Source: a virus
Lineage: Duplodnaviria > Caudoviricetes
IMG/VR virus record: IMGVR_UViG_3300032050_000526
Span: 1-31,643 of that record
Length of the DNA stretch: 31,643 nt
Reading direction: 5' to 3' (one strand)
Shown here: positions 1-6,454 of the stretch, in pieces
Position numbering within the stretch: the first letter of the stretch is position 1
How the letters are laid out: the number at the start of each line of letters is the position of its first letter
Notes under the pieces: generated by a model
The model's input: only the letters and a program-made list of their open reading frames with translations
The model's database searches: none
What the model was told of the DNA's origin: nothing
Program-made: the position numbers and the translations under genes

Positions 1-1676
1 TGTCCGACAACAGCCTCGTGCTGTCCAAGACGAACCACGAAGGCTGGTGCGGCATCGTCTGCCCGAACCACGCCGAGCACAGCGACGGCAACATCGAAGC
101 GCGCTACAAGCCGCTGGACCGCTCGTTTTGCTGTTACCACGGCCACTGTCAGCACCTCGACAGCCGCACGTTCCTCGACTGGGTGCATGACAACGGCGGT
201 CCGAAGACCGCGCCGGGGCTGCGCGATGAACTGATCGCGGAGCATATGAAGCGCATGGCCGACAAGATCATGCCGACCGACGCCTACCCGGACGAAGCCG
301 CGGCTATCGTCAAGGAAGTGGAGCGCAAGGAAGCCGGGCGGCTGGAGAAGGCCGAGTGGTTCGACCGTTTCGCCTACATTCAGTCGGATGACAGCTATTT
401 CGACATGGTGACGCGTCGGGAGACGCCGCGGCATGTGTTCAACGCGCTGTTTCGGCACGTCGAGTGCAAGTCGATGCACGGGGCGAAGAAGAACCGCGTG
501 CAGGCCAGCGTCTACTTCGACGAGCGTAGGCAAGAGTACGGCGCCAAGGCGCTGGTGGGTGTGACCTACGCGCCGGGCGAGGACGTGCTGGTGGCGCGCG
601 ATGGGTTGGTCTACGGCAACACATGGATCAATTACCGGCCAGACATGTCGGGCAGCGATCCAATTCCTGACCGCGACATTACGCCGTGGCTCGACCATTG
701 CCGCCTGTTGGTGCCAGACGAGCGCGAACTGAACCATGTGCTGAACGTCATGGCGTTCAAGGTCCAGCGCCCGAACGTCAAGATCAATCACGCCGTCCTG
801 CATGGCGGCGACGAGGGCAGCGGCAAGGACAGCCTGTGGGCGCCGTTCCTGTGGGCGATCGGCGGAGATCACCAGCACAATCGGTCGATCATCGAGAACA
901 AGGGGCTGGAAAGCCAGTGGGGATACAACCTGCAAGCCGAAGTCGTGATCCTGAACGAACTGAAGGAACCCGAAGCGAAAGAGCGCCGGGCGCTGGCGAA
1001 CCGGCTGAAGCCGATCATTGCCGCGCCGCCTGAGACGCTGACGGTCAACCGCAAGGGGCTGCATCCGTATGAGATGATCAACCGCTTGCTGGTCGTGGCG
1101 TTCACGAACGACCCTGTCCCTATCTCGCTCCCGTCGCAGGACCGCCGCTGGTTCTGCCTCTGGTCGCGTGCGCCGCGGATGCACGAAGACGACGCCGAAG
1201 CGCTGTGGAAGTGGTACAAGCAGGGCGGCTTCCAGAAGATCGCGGCTTGGCTGCATCAGCGTGACGTGTCGGCGTTCAACCCGGCGGCAGCGCCGCCAGT
1301 GACCGAGTGGAAGCTGAACATGGTCGAGCACGGCATGAGCATGACGGAAAGCCATATGGTTGAGATGATGACGCACGGCATGGATGTGTTCGCGTGCGGT
1401 GTGATCGCCAGTCCGTTCCACAAGGTGTGCGACGCGGTTGCGACGAAGCTGGGTATCCCAGTGTCGAAGGTGCCGCAGGCGGCGCTGCTGCACGCGTTCA
1501 AGGAAGCTGGCTGGGTAGACTGCGGGCGCCTGCACTCGCGGGAGTTCCCGACCAAGAAGCAAATCTTTGCCCGGGCGGCGATGATCGAGCGCTACTCGAA
1601 GTCTGAACTGCGCCGCATGGTCGAAGGCGTCGAGGGGGTTGCATCGGACGACCGTAAGGTGGTAGGCATCCGGTAG
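1..1676 (+). CDS. Primase-helicase, C-terminal part (SF3/D5-like, DUF5906/NrS-1 helicase-like), 5' truncated
   Basis: The frame is open from the window edge. It has a Zn-finger-like CPNHAEH...CYHGHC, Walker A GDEGSGKD, Walker B ILNE and the FTND...DRRW motif typical of phage prim-pol helicases. Confidence 0.85.
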   Translation, partial: SDNSLVLSKTNHEGWCGIVCPNHAEHSDGNIEARYKPLDRSFCCYHGHCQHLDSRTFLDWVHDNGGPKTAPGLRDELIAEHMKRMADKIMPTDAYPDEAAAIVKEVERKEAGRLEKAEWFDRFAYIQSDDSYFDMVTRRETPRHVFNALFRHVECKSMHGAKKNRVQASVYFDERRQEYGAKALVGVTYAPGEDVLVARDGLVYGNTWINYRPDMSGSDPIPDRDITPWLDHCRLLVPDERELNHVLNVMAFKVQRPNVKINHAVLHGGDEGSGKDSLWAPFLWAIGGDHQHNRSIIENKGLESQWGYNLQAEVVILNELKEPEAKERRALANRLKPIIAAPPETLTVNRKGLHPYEMINRLLVVAFTNDPVPISLPSQDRRWFCLWSRAPRMHEDDAEALWKWYKQGGFQKIAAWLHQRDVSAFNPAAAPPVTEWKLNMVEHGMSMTESHMVEMMTHGMDVFACGVIASPFHKVCDAVATKLGIPVSKVPQAALLHAFKEAGWVDCGRLHSREFPTKKQIFARAAMIERYSKSELRRMVEGVEGVASDDRKVVGIR

Positions 1677-1702
1677 TCAGTGTTTGCTCCACTGGTTAAC
1701 TT

Positions 1703-1740
1703 AAGCCCCGGCGGTCCTCACTCCGCCGGGGCTTTTTGTT
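1703..1740. terminator. Probable bidirectional intrinsic terminator
   Basis: 12-bp stem AAGCCCCGGCGG/CCGCCGGGGCTT followed by a T-tract, between convergent transcription units. Confidence 0.85.
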
Positions 1741-2167
1741 ACCTGATCCGCGTGATGGTCATCACGCCGTCAGTCGTGCGGCAGCGGTAGCAGCGATCAT
1801 GGCGCAGCCCGTACTGGCTGACGTTGCGGCAGATACGCTTGATGTCGGCGCTGGTGGGCGCTGGCAGCGTCACGCTGTCGCCGGGCTGCATGGGTGCCAG
1901 CGGGTAAGTGCGTGGCCGCCCAAAGGGCTTAGAACCTGATGTCATCGTCGTTCCATTCGTAGCAATCCCAACCGAAGTTGGCCCAAAGCCAGTGGCGCAG
2001 GGCGGGGGTGCGGCGAGGTGGGCATCGCGGGCGGCGGTGGCGTCCTCAATGTAAAGTTGCCAAGCCACATGGGGATCGCCCTTCCGAAGCACTTTGACAC
2101 TGCGGTCTGGATCGCACCCGTCAGCCTTGCACAAGGCCCGCGCCATCGCTTCAATCGGATCAGTCAT
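1739..2167 (-). CDS. Hypothetical early protein (apparent in-frame fusion; the 1945-1739 part resembles a small DNA-binding protein)
   Basis: ATG at 2167 lies within the 3' end of the upstream gene (MTDPIEAMARAL...). An internal ATG at 1945 begins MTSGSKPFGRPRTYPL..MQPGDS. Confidence 0.55.
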   Translation of the reverse strand: MTDPIEAMARALCKADGCDPDRSVKVLRKGDPHVAWQLYIEDATAARDAHLAAPPPCATGFGPTSVGIATNGTTMTSGSKPFGRPRTYPLAPMQPGDSVTLPAPTSADIKRICRNVSQYGLRHDRCYRCRTTDGVMTITRIR

Positions 2168-2384
2168 TGCGCTTCTCCCGTTCGGCAAGCAGGGCGTCGG
2201 CAAGTTGATATGAAAAACTTGCAACGACCTTGTAAGTTCCGGGATTGTTAACTTCGATCAGGCTAGATAGTTCGACCAAAGCCTGCCCAGCAAACCAGTC
2301 GCGCAGGGTCATGCCGTGGCCGGGATCATCCCAGCTACCGGGCGGTGACAATGACGGAAACGCAGGCGGGTTATCAGGCTTCAT
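2160..2384 (-). CDS. Conserved phage hypothetical protein (PAFP...GMTLRDWFAGQAL family)
   Basis: PAFP and GMTLRDWFA...ADALLAER motifs of a widespread small phage protein family. Confidence 0.8.
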   Translation of the reverse strand: MKPDNPPAFPSLSPPGSWDDPGHGMTLRDWFAGQALVELSSLIEVNNPGTYKVVASFSYQLADALLAEREKRND

Positions 2385-2586
2385 CGGTCGGTCCTTTCGG
2401 GAGCGGGTAGGAAAGTTCGGGTATCCCTTCACCCAGCGGAGCGGTGTGATACTCGCGAATGCCTCGCTTCTTGAGATTAGCGACGACTTGCTCGGCATCG
2501 GCGGAACTGAATGAGACATGGTGGCCCCAATCCAAACATTCTTCACCAAGCTTACGCCAAAACGTGACGTAGCGTTCATTCGGCAT
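2374..2586 (-). CDS. Hypothetical protein
   Basis: 70-aa ORF overlapping both neighbours in the operon. Confidence 0.6.
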   Translation of the reverse strand: MPNERYVTFWRKLGEECLDWGHHVSFSSADAEQVVANLKKRGIREYHTAPLGEGIPELSYPLPKGPTDEA

Positions 2587-2914
2587 CGGTCTGTCCTTTC
2601 ATGGGCTTGGCGAGGGCGGCGCGGGCGATGTCCACTCGCTCAACAGCCAGCTTGCGCCAGCGCGAATACATCTGGGCATCGGTTCCCGCAGTGACCCAGC
2701 ATTCGGCTGCTATCTTTGACAACGCCTCACGCATCACAGGCAGGGCTTCTAGGGCGGTGAGGATGGTGGGGAGCAATTTGCGGGCGCGGTTCACAACCTC
2801 CATGTCGCGGTCAAGCTGGCGCTTTAGGCGCTCATCATAGCCCCAACGGTCGCGCACCTCTGCTTCTAGGCTGTCGCATAATTCCTCGACCAGCGCTTTC
2901 AGTTCGTCTGTCAT
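2576..2914 (-). CDS. Hypothetical protein
   Basis: Starts MTDELKALVEEL with an ATGA overlap to the upstream small gene. Confidence 0.65.
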   Translation of the reverse strand: MTDELKALVEELCDSLEAEVRDRWGYDERLKRQLDRDMEVVNRARKLLPTILTALEALPVMREALSKIAAECWVTAGTDAQMYSRWRKLAVERVDIARAALAKPMKGQTDAE

Positions 2915-3033
2915 AGTCCCCAGTCCTCGTCCGTGAGTTCCAAGTCCTCGATGTCGGGTGTCGTGAATGCCAGCCACGCGGCGATGCCCAGAACGCTCAG
3001 GATGAACAGCATGGGCCAATTATCCAGTCTCAT
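2911..3033 (-). CDS. 40-aa single-TM membrane protein (not in ORF track)
   Basis: MRLDNWPMLFILSVLGIAAWLAFTTPDIEDLELTDEDWGL, with a GGAGCAA RBS upstream and an ATGA overlap downstream. Confidence 0.7.
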   Translation of the reverse strand: MRLDNWPMLFILSVLGIAAWLAFTTPDIEDLELTDEDWGL

Positions 3034-3196
3034 GGTCGTTTTGCTCCAGTTTGAGGGTTACAGTATAGGTTCGGCCTTTCCATGCAATCGGAAAGATTGC
3101 TTCGAAGCCGTCGCCAAGGAACATCCGCAGCTTGTCGGCATCGTCCAGCAGGTGGTGGCCGATCTCCAGCGCCGCCTCGTCGCGCGTCTGCGTCAT
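3020..3196 (-). CDS. 58-aa hypothetical protein (not in ORF track)
   Basis: MTQTRDEAALEIGHHLLDDADKLRMFLGDGFEAIFPIAWKGRTYTVTLKLEQNDHETG; ATGA overlap with the upstream gene. Confidence 0.65.
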   Translation of the reverse strand: MTQTRDEAALEIGHHLLDDADKLRMFLGDGFEAIFPIAWKGRTYTVTLKLEQNDHETG

Positions 3197-3411
3197 TGCT
3201 CGATCGCCTCTGCGTAGACGACGCGGGCCACCCGGCGGCGCTGGTCGCGCGCCAGCAGCCGCTCGGCCACGTCGAGCGCTGCATCGGCCAGTGCCGCGCG
3301 GGTCTTGACGTGTGCCGTGCGGCGATGGCCAGCCGGTGTCAGGTAGACCAGCCGACAGTTGAAGTCGCGGGTCGGAATGGCGCGCAGCCAGTCAGTTCCG
3401 GGGGCGGTCAC
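3193..3411 (-). CDS. Hypothetical protein
   Basis: 72-aa ORF with start/stop overlaps on both sides. Confidence 0.65.
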   Translation of the reverse strand: MTAPGTDWLRAIPTRDFNCRLVYLTPAGHRRTAHVKTRAALADAALDVAERLLARDQRRRVARVVYAEAIEQ

Positions 3412-3635
3412 AACAGCCCCCTAGCCTTGCAGGCTTGTGCCAGATGGTGCGGTGCGAAGCCTGTTGAGCCGCTGGCGGCGTCAAATTGGCGGCACAGAGT
3501 GCGCAGACGCGTCTCGCTGGTCCGTAGGGCCACCCGCAACCGTTCGTGCTCCTGTAGGGCCGTGGCGGCTTCCTGTAGCACGTCCTGCTCGGTCAGGACA
3601 GCGGCGGGGATACGTTCGGTCGTTTCGGTTGTCAT
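3408..3635 (-). CDS. Hypothetical protein
   Basis: A GGAGGA RBS is well spaced to the ATG at 3635; N-terminus is coiled-coil-like. Confidence 0.7.
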   Translation of the reverse strand: MTTETTERIPAAVLTEQDVLQEAATALQEHERLRVALRTSETRLRTLCRQFDAASGSTGFAPHHLAQACKARGLL

Positions 3636-3637
3636 GG

Positions 3638-3697
3638 TCATTCCTCCAAGAGTAGGCAGAGCAGCCCTAGCGCTAGGGCGAATATCGCCGCGCCCAT
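3638..3697 (-). CDS. Putative 19-aa hydrophobic micropeptide
   Basis: MGAAIFALALGLLCLLLEE fills the gap exactly, with a TGATG overlap to the upstream stop. Confidence 0.5.
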   Translation of the reverse strand: MGAAIFALALGLLCLLLEE

Positions 3698-3951
3698 CAG
3701 TCCAGCCCGGCCCCGGTGCCCTTTAGCGCCTCGTGCAGTTCATTGAGTTCGGTCAGCAGCAGCGCCACACGCTTGTCGAGTTCGTCGCGCTCGGCGATCA
3801 CGTCCTGCAATTGATCGTCGATGTCGGTCAGGTCTTCCAGCCGTTCGCCCAGCGCAATGCACAGTTCGTGATTGCTCTCGCGGGCGGCGGCGGTCAGGCG
3901 CTGGTCGTCGCAGCGCCGCCAGTCGGTGCGGTCATAGAAAGGGTCGTACAT
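3697..3951 (-). CDS. Hypothetical coiled-coil protein
   Basis: GGAGCAACTGACCATG start motif and a heptad-rich C-terminus. Confidence 0.75.
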   Translation of the reverse strand: MYDPFYDRTDWRRCDDQRLTAAARESNHELCIALGERLEDLTDIDDQLQDVIAERDELDKRVALLLTELNELHEALKGTGAGLD

Positions 3952-3953
3952 GG

Positions 3954-4112
3954 TCAGTTGCTCCTTTGTTGTGCGCGCTTTTGCAGGGCCTGCACAATGC
4001 GCGGGTGTCGATCGGTCAGTTGGTTCAGCAGGGCCTCGCTTGCGCGCCGCATGTACTCGCGGTGCAGCCGCTCGGCCTCGGTCGGACAGTAATGCTGTTT
4101 GGGGTCAGCCAT
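3954..4112 (-). CDS. 52-aa hypothetical protein (not in ORF track)
   Basis: MADPKQHYCPTEAERLHREYMRRASEALLNQLTDRHPRIVQALQKRAQQRSN fills the gap between neighbours. Confidence 0.65.
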   Translation of the reverse strand: MADPKQHYCPTEAERLHREYMRRASEALLNQLTDRHPRIVQALQKRAQQRSN

Positions 4113-4115
4113 AGG

Positions 4116-4334
4116 TCAGGCGTCCGTTTCAGCTTCATAGTGGCTCTTCACCATGGTCAGGACCAGTTCGACGCTGGCTTGCCCTTCGTACGTGTCGAGC
4201 AAGTGCAACAGGTCGGTGATCAGGTCGGTGACGTCCTCGTCGGGCGCGTTGATGGTGCCGCGCGCGTTGCAATAGGCGTTCAGGGCCTCGCGGGCGAGGT
4301 ACAGGCGTTGCTCGTGAAAGTCTGCGTCGGTCAT
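4116..4334 (-). CDS. Hypothetical acidic protein
   Basis: GGAGCAACTGACCATG start; contains DLITDLLHL...HYEAE. Confidence 0.75.
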   Translation of the reverse strand: MTDADFHEQRLYLAREALNAYCNARGTINAPDEDVTDLITDLLHLLDTYEGQASVELVLTMVKSHYEAETDA

Positions 4335-4336
4335 GG

Positions 4337-4675
4337 TCAGTTGCTCCAATTGTTACCGGCAGCCCATTCGGCTTCGGTGTCGGTCATGATCATGTGCGCG
4401 GCGGCGCGGCGGTCGGCTGGCAGGAACAGCGCGTGCCACTTGTCGCCCGGCGCGCCATGTTCGCGGACATATTCGCGCGCGGCTTGCTCCACAGCGTAGA
4501 TCAGGCCCTTGCGGGCTAGGGCGGCGTCGTACTGGCCCTTGGCGCGCTTGCGTTCATAGTTGCGGAACGCAGCCTCGGCCATGCGCCATGCGGGCGCGCA
4601 GTTGGACGTATACAGGTACAGTTCGCGGGCGGCCTCGCTAGGCTCTGCCGGGTGAATGAATAGGTTCATAGACAT
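4337..4675 (-). CDS. Conserved phage hypothetical protein, directly downstream of the ribozyme
   Basis: GGAGCAAACGACATG start; contains ARELYLY...KRAKGQYD...AAREYVREHG. Confidence 0.75.
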   Translation of the reverse strand: MSMNLFIHPAEPSEAARELYLYTSNCAPAWRMAEAAFRNYERKRAKGQYDAALARKGLIYAVEQAAREYVREHGAPGDKWHALFLPADRRAAAHMIMTDTEAEWAAGNNWSN

Positions 4676-4694
4676 GTCGTTTGCTCCTATGGTG

Positions 4695-4763
4695 TGGCCT
4701 GCCTCATCAGCGCGCCTAGGCCAGCGGGCGCGGACAGGCGGCGCTAGGGCCGCCTGTTTCGGC
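4695..4763 (-). ncRNA. Type II hammerhead ribozyme with loop I / 3'-tail pseudoknot
   Basis: Minus strand reads GCC-GAAA-CAGGCGGC-ccuagc-GCCGCCUG-UC^-CGCGCC-cgcUGGCCUa-GGCGCG-CUGAUGA-GGC-AGGCCA. All core nucleotides and three perfect stems are present, plus a 6-bp pseudoknot. It is intergenic and in the sense of the operon. Confidence 0.92.
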
Positions 4764-4766
4764 TTG

Positions 4767-4985
4767 TCAGTGTTTCTTAAGCTGACCCCGCCAGTAGTCG
4801 CGCTCTCCGCGCATGAAATCGCGCATGGTGCCGCTAAAGCCGCGCATGGTGCGCTCGATCGCGTCAATATGCGCGGTGATGAACGCGCGGTCGATCGTGT
4901 CGCCCGCTGCAACGCAGTGGCGCTTAAAGTCGCGGCCCTCGATGATGCCATCGAGATACGCTTGCGAGACAGTCTGTGTAACCAT
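4767..4985 (-). CDS. Hypothetical protein
   Basis: 72 aa with a GGAGCAACACGACATG start. Confidence 0.75.
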   Translation of the reverse strand: MVTQTVSQAYLDGIIEGRDFKRHCVAAGDTIDRAFITAHIDAIERTMRGFSGTMRDFMRGERDYWRGQLKKH

Positions 4986-5007
4986 GTCGTGTTGCTCCTA
5001 GTTATGG

Positions 5008-5097
5008 TCAGTTCGGCAGGATGAGCGCCAGCGCCAGCACGAGGCAGGGCAGCGCGATCAGGATAGCGGCGGCGTCGAGGATTAGGCGGCGGGTCAT
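5008..5097 (-). CDS. 29-aa hydrophobic micropeptide
   Basis: MTRRLILDAAAILIALPCLVLALALILPN with the operon's consensus start GGAGCAACTGACATG. Confidence 0.7.
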   Translation of the reverse strand: MTRRLILDAAAILIALPCLVLALALILPN

Positions 5098-5119
5098 GTC
5101 AGTTGCTCCATGTTGTTGC

Positions 5120-5143
5120 GCCGGGCGGTTGTCGCCGCCCGGC
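5120..5143. other. GC-rich intergenic hairpin without U-tract
   Basis: GCCGGGCGG-ttgtcg-CCGCCCGGC after the first early gene. Confidence 0.6.
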
Positions 5144-5153
5144 GGGTTGATGG

Positions 5154-5474
5154 TCAGGCGGGAATGAGGCGGCCCGCGTCGCTGTAGTTGCCCAGCACCT
5201 TGACGGTGTAGAGCTTGCCTCCGACCGAGACGGTGTCGCCGTGGCGGACGACCTGTTCGCCGTTGTAGATGCGGTCGATGTGTGCGCGGTCCGCGTCGGT
5301 GTAGTGCGACTTGAGGCAACCGGCAGCCTGCATGAGAAACATTTCGTCATTCCGATCATCGTGAAAGAGGTAGCCCTCGCCGCGCGTCGGACGCTTCTTG
5401 TAGTCGAGGTATTCAAACGCGAAGCGGGCGTCGCGGTCGAAGGTGTCGGTCGGGAGGGTCAATTCGATGGTCAT
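5154..5474 (-). CDS. Hypothetical protein, first gene of the early operon
   Basis: 106 aa with a GGAGCAACTGACATG start. Confidence 0.75.
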   Translation of the reverse strand: MTIELTLPTDTFDRDARFAFEYLDYKKRPTRGEGYLFHDDRNDEMFLMQAAGCLKSHYTDADRAHIDRIYNGEQVVRHGDTVSVGGKLYTVKVLGNYSDAGRLIPA

Positions 5475-5504
5475 GTCAGTTGCTCCTACGGGTGTTGATG
5501 GCGT

Positions 5505-5533
5505 CTTGTCGCATAGATTGAGGGTAGGGTCAA
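5505..5533 (-). promoter_or_regulatory. Putative sigma70-type early promoter
   Basis: TTGACC-17 nt-GACAAG with a TG extension, about 30 nt upstream of the first early ATG. The -10 box is weak. Confidence 0.45.
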
Positions 5534-5556
5534 ACAAAAAGTGTTTCGTTCAGGCG

Positions 5557-5877
5557 TTGCCCACAATCGCCCACGGACTGCCCACAATCGCCCACGGAAT
5601 GCCCACAACCGAGGCGCTGCTAACAGCGCTCTATTATAGGGGTGTGGCGAATAGCGCGGGTTGTGGGTATTTTGGGTGGTGTGTGGGCGGTGCATTTTTG
5701 GGGGTATTGCCCACGGCTAAAGGCGCGGCAATCCTGAGGGCGTAGGGCTTGTGGGTCATGTGGGTCATCAGTTGTAAGGTTGGAAAAATTATAAATGCTA
5801 GTTAAGAATGATTCGCAATAAGGATAGAAATGGCCGCGATTAAAAACTGTATGCCCACATTGCCCACATGACCCACG
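5557..5877. repeat. (G/A)CCCAC repeat arrays around an AT-rich core; candidate replication origin
   Basis: Forward copies at 5559, 5569, 5580, 5590, 5601, 5709, 5853, 5862, 5871. Inverted copies at 5663, 5683, 5751, 5760. Two more copies at 6272 and 6281. Confidence 0.7.
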
Positions 5878-6454
5878 CCCCCAGCCCGCGGCGCCTCTAG
5901 CCCGCCGCGCTTCAAAGTTTGTGACATCAAAGTTTGTGGCAGTGCTGCAACAGATAGTGTTGCAAAAATGTATACGCCTAAATTGCCCGGAAAGGCCCCT
6001 TAGAGCGCGGCCGCGCATTTTGGCTACTCGGCTACCCTCAAACTAATCTTCCCGATTTGTTTACGGTTTGTTCTAAACAACAAAATAACAAAAAGTGTGA
6101 CGGCTTTGAGGGTAAGTTTCGCCGGGTCTGCGATGTGAAACACAATCTGTTTCATGGCTGTCTGATAGTTGCGCGATCGGCTGACCGCCCTCGTCGATGT
6201 TCTCATTTGTCTACCTGCCAGCTAGACAATGTGTGCTCGTGCATCGCCAGCCAGCAATGGTCCCGCGCATTGCCCACATTGCCCACAGCCAAAAGGGCCA
6301 CGCGCTTTGCTGCATTGCAGCATAAAACCGGATTGCCGGTTGGCTGGAGGGGGAGGGGGTGGGGCCGAGCGCCGTGTGATTGTCACGGGCACGGTCCGCA
6401 GACAAAAATTAATTTTTTTCTTTTTATTTTTTAAAAACTGCGGTATGGTTAGCT

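Noticed and set aside
3050-3100. TTGCAT...TATACT promoter and GCAATC-N5-GATTGC palindrome on the minus strand
   Set aside because: The spacer is only 14 nt and the region lies inside a plausible 58-aa CDS.
4676-4951. N-terminal extension of ORF 4337-4951 through the ribozyme
   Set aside because: It overlaps the 4985-4767 gene in another frame. The true start is the motif-bearing ATG at 4675.
5557-5610. Possible CRISPR or mini-array
   Set aside because: Units are 10-11 bp with no unique spacers, and there are no cas genes.
5740-5790. Second CUGAUGA on the minus strand (5771-5765) as another hammerhead
   Set aside because: No correctly placed GAAA or flanking stems were found. The other CTGATGA hits noticed (about 10510, 22784, 24213) are in coding sequence or stop/start overlaps.
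5486-6454. ORF-track ORFs in the control region
   Set aside because: They lack an RBS, have atypical composition and partly just translate the DNA repeats. The region is treated as non-coding.
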